A stretch of 64,000 nucleotides of DNA from a virus (taxonomy: Duplodnaviria > Caudoviricetes). The notes below the pieces were generated by a model. That model was not told the origin of the DNA. It saw only the letters and a list, made by a program, of their open reading frames with translations, and searched no databases. The translations under genes and the position numbers were made by a program. Below, in pieces: positions 8,616 through 18,866 of the stretch (the first letter of the stretch is position 1; each line of letters opens with the position of its first letter). The stretch covers positions 1,343 to 65,342 of IMG/VR virus record IMGVR_UViG_3300030104_005071, one strand, 5' to 3'.

Positions 8616-9671
8616 ATGACTATCAGTACTGAACTACTGAATACTACGTTCGCGGATCTTCGCGGACCTCTTGTAAACTCGTTTGTTCGTAGCAATGAGC
8701 TGTTCGAAGCACTTAACTCGAAAGCACGTATGCCAATGGAAGGCGGAACAAAGATTGAACGTTCCTTTTCCGGTGGCGCTCCTGCTCGCGGTGTTGGTGT
8801 CTACGTCGGTGATGAGCTACTGAACATGACTCGTCGCCAACAAATTCGGAAGTTTGAGGTTGAGCCGCACCGTTTGGTTATGGCAATCAACATTCCCAAG
8901 CGTGAGCTTGCTCAAAACTCTGGTAAGTTGGCTATCATTCGTTTGATTGAGGAATATCCTCAGACATCAATGGAAGCTGCAAAGGCTGACCTTAACAAGT
9001 ACCTTCTTACTGGTGCGAGTCGCGGTCTTGCTTTTAACACTTCTGAGCTTCAAGGCTTCTTGACTCTTAATGGTCAATTTGCTTCAGGTATCGGAACCGG
9101 TGTTCTTAACGGACTTCTGGATTTCGAAGCGCCTGGATCACAAGTTGATGTTGTTCAGGGTGTGAAGAAGAGTAGTAGCTACTTCCACTTCAACCAGTAC
9201 AATGACATTGCGACTTGGACCAGTGAGGGTATGACGCAACTGCGTAAGACTTATCGTCAATGCTCTCACTACGCTGGCGGAATTGGTAAGGGTCCAGACA
9301 TGATTTTCATGGATGATGACACCTACACCAACTTCGAAGACCAACGAAGTGAAAACGTTCGCGTAACACTTGTCGATGACAAGGTTGACAAGAGCAACAC
9401 CCTTGGCCTTAGCCTGGGACTTGCTTCTGTTACATCTTCGATTGACTTGGATCGTTCAGACTTTACGGCTGCAACTGCTCCACGCGACGGTGTTACTTAC
9501 ATGCTCAACACGGATTATCTCGAATTCCCAATGCTTGAAGCTCCGAATGTCTCGGAATTCAAGGAGCGGGTCGGTGATCAAGACGTGGTGACTGCAATCT
9601 TTGCCATGCAAGGTAACCTGATCTGCACCAAGTTAGTGGCGCAGGGATGTGTTACTGGCGGCGCGGCTTAA
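8616..9671 (+). CDS. Major capsid protein
   Basis: 351 aa; NELFEAL...GGTKIERSF N-terminus and GNLIC...QG C-terminus; first gene of the virion operon. Confidence 0.85.
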   Translation: MTISTELLNTTFADLRGPLVNSFVRSNELFEALNSKARMPMEGGTKIERSFSGGAPARGVGVYVGDELLNMTRRQQIRKFEVEPHRLVMAINIPKRELAQNSGKLAIIRLIEEYPQTSMEAAKADLNKYLLTGASRGLAFNTSELQGFLTLNGQFASGIGTGVLNGLLDFEAPGSQVDVVQGVKKSSSYFHFNQYNDIATWTSEGMTQLRKTYRQCSHYAGGIGKGPDMIFMDDDTYTNFEDQRSENVRVTLVDDKVDKSNTLGLSLGLASVTSSIDLDRSDFTAATAPRDGVTYMLNTDYLEFPMLEAPNVSEFKERVGDQDVVTAIFAMQGNLICTKLVAQGCVTGGAA

Positions 9672-9682
9672 GGAGGTACATT

Positions 9683-10282
9683 ATGGCTGGATCATTTACT
9701 ACTGGCGGTGACGTTAAAGCTGGCGCTCTCGCACAATCAGGCTTCTCGTCTGTCCACTCTTCTGAAGTGTACCCTCTGGGTACTCGTCGGACGCAGATGG
9801 CTGATGAGGTAGAGTCGGGTAAGACGGGCGCTATTGATGCGGGTACTGGTAATTCTGGTGTAGACCGGGATAAAAACTTTGCTCTCCTTATCGGGGATCG
9901 TAAGTGGGTATTCATCAAGTGTGCAGGCGTTGCAATTAAGAAGGGTGACGTTGTTAGCCGAGATTCGGGTACAGCGTTTACTGGTCGTCCTGCGGCGTCT
10001 AATGCCATTCTCAAACCTAAGCTTCTTGGGGTGGCAGATAATGCCATTGCAGTTGGCGAGTATGGTTGGGTTATCACTCAAGGTTGCGCTGTTGTCCGTT
10101 CGGATGCAGCCGGGGGCGGCAAGGCAATTGCTGCTCACGCTCTGATTGATACTGATGGCGGTGCTGGCGCGGGTGAAGTTGCCCTTGCCGCTGGTTCAGA
10201 CTTGTCTGTTATCGGCGTCACGCTTGAGGCGGCTAATGCCACGTTAGCTGACTTTGTTCAGTGCTACGTTGATATTTCGTAG
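9683..10282 (+). CDS. Capsid decoration/cement protein
   Basis: SD AAGGAGG; YPLGTR...WVFIK...GVADNAIAVGEYGWV..QG; directly after MCP. Confidence 0.7.
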   Translation: MAGSFTTGGDVKAGALAQSGFSSVHSSEVYPLGTRRTQMADEVESGKTGAIDAGTGNSGVDRDKNFALLIGDRKWVFIKCAGVAIKKGDVVSRDSGTAFTGRPAASNAILKPKLLGVADNAIAVGEYGWVITQGCAVVRSDAAGGGKAIAAHALIDTDGGAGAGEVALAAGSDLSVIGVTLEAANATLADFVQCYVDIS

Positions 10283-10304
10283 CATTTGACTACGTGATAC
10301 ACTT

Positions 10305-10343
10305 AGGGGGCGTGGCTTTCGGGTCTCGCCCCCTTCGTCTTTT
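10305..10343 (+). terminator. Intrinsic terminator-like hairpin after the capsid genes
   Basis: AGGGGGCG...CGCCCCCT followed by TCGTCTTTT. Confidence 0.6.
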
Positions 10344-10352
10344 GGAGGCTCT

Positions 10353-12155
10353 GTGAACGTTTCTTTGGCTATGCTTCGTCGACAACTTTATGCCATGCGA
10401 GCTTGGGATTCGTCTGGTGAAACACAGGATCTACGTATTCGAGATTCTTTGAACGCAGCACTTGCGCGAATGGCTAGTGACGTTCCTCAAGCTTTGATTC
10501 CAGGTGAAGAGCATGTCGTGCTTAATCCTGATGTTGTTAGCACTGATTCAACTGTAGCTTCACGAGTTGTTTCTTTTAACAACGATAAGCGATTGCTTAA
10601 GTTTGTAGACACCGCAGGAAAGAGCATCGCAGATGCTGCAAGTTTGACAACATGGCGTCCGAAAGTAACGGGTGAGTGGGACGCAATTATGCATATCGAA
10701 GTAACGGATGCTGAAGGCCGTGTTCATCGACGCCAATGCTTAGAGTTTTTTACTTCTCAAGATACGACAGCCCAAGATCCAATTACACTCTACGCAGTTA
10801 CCCTTGATCGCCCGTTTAATTATTTAATCTCAGCAAACAATCAAGGTGTGGGCGCGTTAGAATTTAGGCTTCACCAACCTGAGTTTTTTGTCGACGCTGA
10901 TGTCATGGAGATTATGGAGCCTGCTCGCATTTTTGACAGTACGCGACAACAAGTTTGGAAGATAGATACCGCAGGTGCGGGTCGTCAGGACATGCTTGAT
11001 TTTGAAGGTACGTCTGCGGGTAGACCTTATCGCTGTTGGAGAGGTCGTCATTTTCAGCTACCGGCTCCTACGGAAGCCCCTAAGATAATGGAGGCTAATG
11101 CGACGGTTAAGACCGTAACTACCCAACAGAGAGAGCTTGATGATAATAATAACGGTAAAATGGTCGAGGTAACGGAAACGTACACTGAGCCGTTAGCTGA
11201 AGCGTATAAGTGGTCTGATACATTAGGTCTTCGTCGAGGTAGGTGGGCTGTTCGTTACACTTATGTGATGGGTAGGAAGGATGAAGAGTGGCAGTTGGCC
11301 CCATCGGTCACTCCAGGTTCAGACACAGAACAAGATAGTTCGTATGGTCTTACTTGGTCCTATAAAAAAGGTTCAGTGTTGACTGGCGAGAACCAATACT
11401 CGGGTATTCACGACCCTCAGTTTGAGAGTGCTCCGTCGCCAGTAACAATTTTTGAGCAGAAAAAGAGTGGTCCTGCGGGAGCAATGATTATTTCGTCGAC
11501 AAATATCGATGCGATGCAGGGTTTTGGTGACAGTGCTTACGAAAGATATGGTCGATCAGGTTACCGAATTCGTTACTATGTAGCTCATTTGGGTACAGAT
11601 GAACGAGGTATCGGTCAATTTAATGATGTTGAAACCAATCAGAGGTTTCATCTGTTGTGCGAGGTTGAACCGACATTTGATATGGTGACAACGTTGTCGA
11701 GTGCGGGTACGGTTGTTCCCCCGGCGATTCTGTCGCTTGGTGAGGGTGATACCACAGCCGCAAGGTTTGTTTGGACTGGTAAGGAGCTTTACGATTATCA
11801 TCGTCTTTTGCGCCACAGTACAGGTTACTATGCGTGGAAAGTTTTTCCCCACCAAGATGCTCGATATGAATTAGATTTTCGGGTACTGAGATTTCCGAAT
11901 AAGTATATTGATGATCAAGATACCGCTGCGATTCATCCTGAAGCAGTGCCGACGTTAATCGAATTGGCGTTGTATTATGTGAGTCTGGTTGACGGTAACG
12001 ACCAATTAAGTGCTCAAGCCCACATGGATCGATACCTACAATTGGTTCGAGTTTTCCGTGATCGATACGGTAATCCTGGAGGAATTGTCGAACCGACATC
12101 AATTTTAGGTTACTCTCACAGGCACCGTTACGGTACATTTAGTTCATCTGAATAA
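10353..12155 (+). CDS. Head-tail adaptor-like protein with large insertions
   Basis: Helical termini (LRRQL...LNAALAR; IHPEAVPTLIELALYY) typical of adaptors; position after MCP. Confidence 0.55.
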   Translation: MNVSLAMLRRQLYAMRAWDSSGETQDLRIRDSLNAALARMASDVPQALIPGEEHVVLNPDVVSTDSTVASRVVSFNNDKRLLKFVDTAGKSIADAASLTTWRPKVTGEWDAIMHIEVTDAEGRVHRRQCLEFFTSQDTTAQDPITLYAVTLDRPFNYLISANNQGVGALEFRLHQPEFFVDADVMEIMEPARIFDSTRQQVWKIDTAGAGRQDMLDFEGTSAGRPYRCWRGRHFQLPAPTEAPKIMEANATVKTVTTQQRELDDNNNGKMVEVTETYTEPLAEAYKWSDTLGLRRGRWAVRYTYVMGRKDEEWQLAPSVTPGSDTEQDSSYGLTWSYKKGSVLTGENQYSGIHDPQFESAPSPVTIFEQKKSGPAGAMIISSTNIDAMQGFGDSAYERYGRSGYRIRYYVAHLGTDERGIGQFNDVETNQRFHLLCEVEPTFDMVTTLSSAGTVVPPAILSLGEGDTTAARFVWTGKELYDYHRLLRHSTGYYAWKVFPHQDARYELDFRVLRFPNKYIDDQDTAAIHPEAVPTLIELALYYVSLVDGNDQLSAQAHMDRYLQLVRVFRDRYGNPGGIVEPTSILGYSHRHRYGTFSSSE

Positions 12156-12171
12156 TTAGATAGAGGTTTTT

Positions 12172-12666
12172 ATGAGTAAATTGTTTTATCCGACGCTAAC
12201 GTCCATTCCTCGCGTGAAAGTGGGTGACTTGATGTTTCGAATGACTCTTGTCAGTCAATATGAAGAAGCCATGGTGGTAAGTATCTTGAGTGCTGACAAG
12301 ACATCTGATCAGTGGAACGGTACGTTGATGACTAAGAACGGAATTGAGTTTGTTAATGGTGGCGTTGAGCATCGCTCGATTCATGATTGGATGCCTGTCG
12401 GTTGGGTCTTTGATGAGAGTAAGGTTGGTTGGATTCCACCTGAAGGTATTCTTAGGTCAGATGATGCAGAAGTTGAAGATCCTGTTGAGGCTGAAAGAGA
12501 AGCAGAAGTTGTAACTCTCGTGGTTCCGGCTCCTTGGGCAGAAGAGAAATACATGTCATGGCGTTCTCGAGTGATTAAATCTCAGCCTGCTTTGAAGGGA
12601 ACCGATGGAATCTATGATAAATTGTCTACAGCGTGGAAGCAGAAAGAGTATGCGATTACACTCTAA
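12172..12666 (+). CDS. Hypothetical protein
   Basis: 164 aa, SD GAGG. Confidence 0.65.
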   Translation: MSKLFYPTLTSIPRVKVGDLMFRMTLVSQYEEAMVVSILSADKTSDQWNGTLMTKNGIEFVNGGVEHRSIHDWMPVGWVFDESKVGWIPPEGILRSDDAEVEDPVEAEREAEVVTLVVPAPWAEEKYMSWRSRVIKSQPALKGTDGIYDKLSTAWKQKEYAITL

Positions 12667-12679
12667 ATGAGGTGATTCT

Positions 12680-15199
12680 GTGGGCGGTCCAACGGAGCAA
12701 CAAACTAATACGGTCTTCATTCCACCTGGAGAGGGTCGACAAGCTTTTGCTCCGTCACCGCTTGCATGGTTGGTGGAGAATATGGAAATTGGGGCCGATG
12801 GCACTCTGGAGAGTGTCGTCGGTCCATCTATTTTACGCATCAAACCTCAAGTTTTTGTATCTTCTAGCGTACCTCCACCTCCAGGATCTCCACCGCTTGA
12901 GACAGAGGTTGACGCGTCGAGTGGTTCAATTGATGCTTTGAAGCTGCCTGATTTTTCTCCCGATTACGGTTACAAGTCGGGTCTACCGTTTAGTATTTTT
13001 TCGGCCCCTCTATTACGTGGTGGGGCGAATACCTTACTGTATCGAATTGGCTCTAAATTGTATCGGTTTAACGGGGGTCAAAATGATGGTGATGACATAT
13101 TGTTGTCGGGTATTTCGATTAACCCTGAATCGCGTAATTTAGATCAATACGTAGTTTATGGTGATTCTATTGTTTTTTTCAACGGAATCGATCAACCTCA
13201 GATGATTTCTTATGATGGAATGGTGACTCCGTTAGGATTTGATCGTCCTGCTGCATCGCCTTCGGTGTCTTCTCCGAGTCAACCGGATTATGATGAGGTT
13301 ACTAATTATTACCCAAATTCAATGGGTTATAGTTGGCAAGGTAGAATCGGTACTCCCGGCGATGAGCTTTCAGGTCAGAAAGCAGCTTTGCTTTCGGGTG
13401 CTTGGTATTATTACTTTCAGTACGAGGACATTAACGGAAACCTGTCTGAGTTTTCGGTTCCTAGCGATCCTGGTACGGTACACACAAATCAAGCCGATCC
13501 TATTGTTATTTTTGGTGTAAACAGACCTACTAAGGCTGAAGAGTTTGCAGAATCAAACGCGACTCTTGTCTCATCCATGATCGGTGTGGCGAATGGATCG
13601 CTGGCTCCCAAGGGTATGCCTATGGGTGCTGAGATTGATGATCTGACTCGTCGTTTCTTGATTCGTTCACCGGGTGATTTACCTGAACACGCTGTTGCGA
13701 CGAGAATTTTTCGGACGGCGGATACGTTTCATAAAGACTCGACACCAAGATTTTTGGCTCGTGTTCCAGGCGGGAAGCAGTTTGTTTTTGACGATAACTA
13801 TTCTGACAGTGAGCTTGGATTTGAGTGGGATGAAACTGTTTCGGTTCCTGTGTTTAGGGCTGCTTGCGCCCATCAGGGTCGGTTAGTAATCGGTAATGTA
13901 GCGGGTGACCCAGGTATTGTTCGTCAGTCTCAGCCAGGGTTTCCAGGTACGTTTCTCAAGTCTGAGTATATCTACCCAGATAGTAACGGTTTAGAGATTA
14001 CGGCGTTGCATTCGCATAATGGTAACCTAATTGCGTTTACCGAATCTTCAATTTATTTAATCGGCGATGACTTCATGTCACCTCAACCATTGTCTACTGG
14101 CATTGGTTGTATCGCACCAAAATCTATCCAATCTATGCGTGACGGCTCATTAATTTGGTTAGCTTCAGATGGATTTTATTCGCTTGGTGCTAACGGCGCT
14201 CTGGCTAAAGTTAGTGCTCCGATAGAGAAGATTATCGAGCAGGAAGTTAATCAGAGTCAGTTTTTTCGTGCCGTCTCTGCCATTGATCCTGATTCGGGTG
14301 AATACCGTTGTGCTCTGGCGAAAAAGGGCGAGTCACGCAATAAATTGATTTTGTGTTTTGACACTCAGTATTGGCGGCGTGTTGATTATGGTATTCAAAT
14401 CGCGGATATGTGTGCCTTACGCGACCACACTAAAAAGGTTGTGTTTGTGGGAGCCGATCCCCGAGAAGATTTTGCTATGGTTGGTCTTCGGAGGTACTGC
14501 AACATTTCTCGTGTGTTTGTCATGGGATGCCAGTCAACGGATTACTTCGGCCCACCAAGACGGATTCGTTATCGATCTGCGTGGTTGAGGTCGGGTGATT
14601 TTGGTTTGGTGCCGACTAATGTACGGAATCTGTACGTTGGTATGATTGATTCCTGGGTAGGTACGGCGACGATTAGATTATTTCGTAATGGTTCTTGGGA
14701 ACCTATTGCAATCATGGACGATGTCTTACTTCATGGTCCCGATGATGAGTCAAATATTATCGTTGATGTTGCGGGTAAGGCTACGGTTGGTGATGCTCGT
14801 GCGCGTCACCCCCGCGTTTTTTGGCGTCAGATACCCGTGGACATACAGAACGCTAACTCTTGGGCGTTTGAGATTGAGCTTACTGGTAGTCCGTCTCCGA
14901 TATCATCTTCGGGTATTCGATCGAGTAGTAAGCCTATCGACATGGATAACCCGACACTATCGGCTCGAGAACTTTATTCGGATCGAAATTTATTAAGCGT
15001 TACGAAAGAGTATCATGAGTGGAAAAAGCTGTATGGCGCTAATAGTCACATGGATTTTTGGTCTGCGTTTGACAGAGTTAGATTTAGCGACAAAGACTGG
15101 GAGTTAGGTCGACTTCGAATTCATGCGTTTGCTTTTGATGTCAGTATCGCAACTAAGGGTACGCCTCTCGGACGTGTTCCTTACCGACAGGATAAATAA
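12680..15199 (+). CDS. Tail nozzle / P22 gp10-like beta-propeller protein
   Basis: HQGRLVIG, ITAL, LIAFTESSIY, GIGCIAPKSI, WLASDGFY motifs. Confidence 0.7.
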   Translation: MGGPTEQQTNTVFIPPGEGRQAFAPSPLAWLVENMEIGADGTLESVVGPSILRIKPQVFVSSSVPPPPGSPPLETEVDASSGSIDALKLPDFSPDYGYKSGLPFSIFSAPLLRGGANTLLYRIGSKLYRFNGGQNDGDDILLSGISINPESRNLDQYVVYGDSIVFFNGIDQPQMISYDGMVTPLGFDRPAASPSVSSPSQPDYDEVTNYYPNSMGYSWQGRIGTPGDELSGQKAALLSGAWYYYFQYEDINGNLSEFSVPSDPGTVHTNQADPIVIFGVNRPTKAEEFAESNATLVSSMIGVANGSLAPKGMPMGAEIDDLTRRFLIRSPGDLPEHAVATRIFRTADTFHKDSTPRFLARVPGGKQFVFDDNYSDSELGFEWDETVSVPVFRAACAHQGRLVIGNVAGDPGIVRQSQPGFPGTFLKSEYIYPDSNGLEITALHSHNGNLIAFTESSIYLIGDDFMSPQPLSTGIGCIAPKSIQSMRDGSLIWLASDGFYSLGANGALAKVSAPIEKIIEQEVNQSQFFRAVSAIDPDSGEYRCALAKKGESRNKLILCFDTQYWRRVDYGIQIADMCALRDHTKKVVFVGADPREDFAMVGLRRYCNISRVFVMGCQSTDYFGPPRRIRYRSAWLRSGDFGLVPTNVRNLYVGMIDSWVGTATIRLFRNGSWEPIAIMDDVLLHGPDDESNIIVDVAGKATVGDARARHPRVFWRQIPVDIQNANSWAFEIELTGSPSPISSSGIRSSSKPIDMDNPTLSARELYSDRNLLSVTKEYHEWKKLYGANSHMDFWSAFDRVRFSDKDWELGRLRIHAFAFDVSIATKGTPLGRVPYRQDK

Positions 15200-17811
15200 T
15201 GCCCCACATTTTCCCGAAAAGATTCCTTCGTACTCGTGACGTTGTTACCCCAGAAGGTTTGAATGGGGATTTGCATCCAACGTATGACGCTTTGTCGGGT
15301 CGACTTGATCGCACAAATTTCCACGCCGAAAACTTAAAAGGCAAAACTCGACCGCATCCAGATAGCTCCTTACCAGGCCCAACAGGTATGTGTATTTCTG
15401 AAGGCGCGTACTATAAGATTCACACGAATCAAATTGAGAGTAAGTATCGCTTTTACACAATTCGAACGTCAGATGATTACCTTAAGCAGCCAAAACGAGT
15501 ACCACCTAATTTTCTTAAGTTAGATGGAGCTACAACACGATGGACTCATGGTGGTACGGGTACGCCTTTTTATGACAGTCCGCCGTCTGTAATACCGAAT
15601 AATGGTGCATGGTCAACGCTACAAAACGAGGATTTGACGGGTCCGCAGCAGTTAACATTTACCACAGGTCAGTCTAAAATTTGGATCTCGGCTTACCTTC
15701 AGTATATTTGGCAGGGTTTTTATGAGGAAAAGTCACCGTATATTACCGGTGCGAGGCGGTGGAAGGGCATAGATAATTTAGGTATTCCTGAAGAGGGGGA
15801 TTCATGGCTGGAAAAAGAGGGTTCGGTCAATAATAAATTAGCTTTTGAAGAAGCTTCCGTCTTAAATTTTCTTGGTCCCGCAGAAATTCATGAGCATTTA
15901 GCCACGTCAGGTACGGAAAACAAAACCGAAAACATCATAGAGTCTTCAGAACAGTATTCATTTCCTTTGAACGAACGCACTTTGTTTCGGGAAAGATCTA
16001 GTCCCAATGCTTGTGGGTTTCATCATATATCAAAAGGTTTTTTCCCGTCGCTTGTTCAGTTTGCGATTCGTGTCGATGGTAAGATTATTGAAGAGACTAT
16101 TACAGGGAAAAAATTTCCGTTTGAAGAGTCGACCCACGGAATTAAAGTAACCGATAGTGTTCGAATAAAAGAAAGTGACGAGAAGGGAGAAACTGACGAG
16201 GATGAGTTGATTCGTGAATTCCTTCCTTTTTTCACAACTGAAAACACTGTTTTCGGTCAACGTTCGGCAACTGTTTCTTCGGCTTATGGAGATTCAGATG
16301 ACTGTCGCCCAGGTCAGAAACTAAAATCTAGTCGTGCTGTAAGCTGCGGTCCTGAAGTTATGCCTATTCGTATTGGTGCGGTGGTTCAGGTGCAACCGGG
16401 AACGCACACGATCGAGATCGTAGCTCGTAGGTTACAACGAAAGAAAGGTAAGTTTCTTGCGGGTGATTTCGTAGGCGTATTCTCTCGTCGCATTATTGCT
16501 TTTGATCTACCAATAAATCCTCAGAGAAACGATAGTGATTCGGGGCTTCTTTTTAGCGGTGCTTTTGGTTCTGATGGTCCGGTAGGTGATGACATTCACG
16601 CGTTTAAGACTGAAGATACTTTGACGGCAAAAAATATTACCGGCTCGCGAGAAAAATTAGCTGACTCAGTTAATAATTTGAAGGAAACTAATCTCGACAC
16701 TTCAGTTTTATCCAACGAGTATCTTCCAAGTAAGGTTACTTTTCATCGTTCAGTTATTATCAACCCTGATTTACATGTCGGCGAATATAATGGAGCATAC
16801 GAAGATCCTGAAAACAACTGTTGGGCGACTGCAATTTTTCCAGGGTTTGGCGGAAATCCTCGAATCGACAGCATTGTAGCTAATAGCGAAGATGGTTGGA
16901 TTCAACCTGGAAGTTGGTTGGCGTCAAATCGAGCAGGTTGGTATCAACTTAGAAAGGTTCCTGGGGGTACGCACTCTACTTCTGATGACGGCGACATATT
17001 AGGTATCAGAACATCTGATACAGCGTCAACATACACTGAAGGTTCAACTCTTCGACCTGGTGAAGTAGCACTTGTTATGATGGATGTAGAGCTTCGTGGT
17101 ATCGCCCCGATACATTCTTCAGAAGCTGATATGGTTTATGGTTCAGTTTCTTTAGGCTCTGACGGCTCAAAAATTGCGGACGAGTGGCGTAATTTTGGTA
17201 ACTGGTTGATGACTGAACGTTACCTTGATTTATTTGCTTTATTCGCGATTGGTTACAAACTTGATGGTGATTGGATTATCGGGTCACAGGCTACGCCTGC
17301 CTTAGTTAATTCGTACAATTGGACGAATCGATCAGCTTTCTACAACTCGGGCCCGAAAGCAAATATTCCTTTTGCGGCGACGATGGCAAAGTATAAAGCG
17401 CCGTGGGATGTTGACCCCGGTTGGGGTAGCTTTACTGAGGCAGAGAGAAAAGATTTATTTCTCAACGAGTATAATGGACAAACTCCGAGACTATGGGGTC
17501 AGGGAGGTAATGTTCATCGAAGTAACTTAGGCATTAATATTCCTATTGTACAAGTCATTGAAAATACGACGTCGACTACGCAGACGATCTCTGAATATGG
17601 TGGGTTTGTGTCTTCAATGGTTCCGAGTCATTGGACTCATGGTCACTCTCCCGACGATCAACGTAAAATTACCGTAGGTCCTACCGGAGCGTCGACCGCC
17701 TATACTTTACCAGGTCACTGGGCTTCACCCGTGGGAGGCCGTAAAATTCTTTCTGGCGTCAAAGTATGGTTTGGTAAATCTCGGTTAACCGTGATTAAAA
17801 CTTGGAAATGA
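15199..17811 (+). CDS. Tail structural protein with two related domains
   Basis: 870 aa, TAATG-coupled to the nozzle; shares motifs with the next gene. Confidence 0.6.
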   Translation: MPHIFPKRFLRTRDVVTPEGLNGDLHPTYDALSGRLDRTNFHAENLKGKTRPHPDSSLPGPTGMCISEGAYYKIHTNQIESKYRFYTIRTSDDYLKQPKRVPPNFLKLDGATTRWTHGGTGTPFYDSPPSVIPNNGAWSTLQNEDLTGPQQLTFTTGQSKIWISAYLQYIWQGFYEEKSPYITGARRWKGIDNLGIPEEGDSWLEKEGSVNNKLAFEEASVLNFLGPAEIHEHLATSGTENKTENIIESSEQYSFPLNERTLFRERSSPNACGFHHISKGFFPSLVQFAIRVDGKIIEETITGKKFPFEESTHGIKVTDSVRIKESDEKGETDEDELIREFLPFFTTENTVFGQRSATVSSAYGDSDDCRPGQKLKSSRAVSCGPEVMPIRIGAVVQVQPGTHTIEIVARRLQRKKGKFLAGDFVGVFSRRIIAFDLPINPQRNDSDSGLLFSGAFGSDGPVGDDIHAFKTEDTLTAKNITGSREKLADSVNNLKETNLDTSVLSNEYLPSKVTFHRSVIINPDLHVGEYNGAYEDPENNCWATAIFPGFGGNPRIDSIVANSEDGWIQPGSWLASNRAGWYQLRKVPGGTHSTSDDGDILGIRTSDTASTYTEGSTLRPGEVALVMMDVELRGIAPIHSSEADMVYGSVSLGSDGSKIADEWRNFGNWLMTERYLDLFALFAIGYKLDGDWIIGSQATPALVNSYNWTNRSAFYNSGPKANIPFAATMAKYKAPWDVDPGWGSFTEAERKDLFLNEYNGQTPRLWGQGGNVHRSNLGINIPIVQVIENTTSTTQTISEYGGFVSSMVPSHWTHGHSPDDQRKITVGPTGASTAYTLPGHWASPVGGRKILSGVKVWFGKSRLTVIKTWK

Positions 17812-17819
17812 GGTAACTA

Positions 17820-18845
17820 ATGCCCAGAATTACATTACCCCCACTACCTCGAAACGGCGACGATCTTTTACTACGTAAAGGTTTCAGCGACCCTGATGAC
17901 CACTATACACGATCTACGTACGCTAGATTAAGATCACCTGATCCTAACAGTGGTTTGATGTCGCAGGTAAACGGTCGTTTGGGCTTCAAAAACTTTAACG
18001 AAGCTACTGAGATTCAAGATTACCACATTCAACCTCGCCAAGCAGCTTTTTGCGGCTCTGAGGGTATGATGGGTACATCAACAATTTACGGTGACGGAGT
18101 TGCCGCAAATGCGCCTGGTTCAGAGGACGGCTACTTTACATTACCGGGTACTTCTTTTCGATGGTATCAACCATTCGATACTACGGTATCGTTAATGCAG
18201 TGGTCGTTTTTTATTAGCTTTAATACGTGGCGTGGAATTTATAAAGACATGGAAGGTGAGGTTCACGGAGAAGGTATCGAGACTCCGATTTATCTTCGAT
18301 GTCGATTAGATGATAATGTCGTAGACTCAACTACTAGACGTCTGGGCCAAAACTTTTTTCACCCTCAGTCACCCGGAGCGATTGATAAGGATAATCAAAC
18401 AGGTCCAGGCATAAGCACTCGCAAGTATCTTGAAGATACTTATGGTGGTAGTATGTTGGGGTTTCCTTCTGATTTAGACGAAGGTCTCGACGAGGACACT
18501 TCATGGTCTACGTATGAGTCTGCTTGGGATTTCTTAAGTCCAATTACAACAGCAAAGCCTGACACAAAGGGAAAAGATCAACGGGCTCGCGGCGGTAATC
18601 CTAAATACGTTCAAACTGAAGCTCATACGGGCGTTCATTTTGACTTTCATCATTCGACTTCGTTGAGTAAGGGGTTTCACGAAATAAGTGTTGAAGCATC
18701 AATCGGTCAACCCAAAGGTGCGGGTGTGTACCTACAAAACTTAGGGCGGACTGACGTTACAGGATTAACCGGTAGAGGTTATTTTAATCTTGTGGGTAAA
18801 CTTAGTCTTGGTATTCGTAACGCTCGAGTATTAAACTTGCTATAA
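17820..18845 (+). CDS. Tail structural protein
   Basis: 341 aa; GRLGFKNF and GFHEISV resemble motifs in 15199. Confidence 0.6.
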   Translation: MPRITLPPLPRNGDDLLLRKGFSDPDDHYTRSTYARLRSPDPNSGLMSQVNGRLGFKNFNEATEIQDYHIQPRQAAFCGSEGMMGTSTIYGDGVAANAPGSEDGYFTLPGTSFRWYQPFDTTVSLMQWSFFISFNTWRGIYKDMEGEVHGEGIETPIYLRCRLDDNVVDSTTRRLGQNFFHPQSPGAIDKDNQTGPGISTRKYLEDTYGGSMLGFPSDLDEGLDEDTSWSTYESAWDFLSPITTAKPDTKGKDQRARGGNPKYVQTEAHTGVHFDFHHSTSLSKGFHEISVEASIGQPKGAGVYLQNLGRTDVTGLTGRGYFNLVGKLSLGIRNARVLNLL

Positions 18846-18866
18846 TCGCAACTGTTTGAGGTTTAA

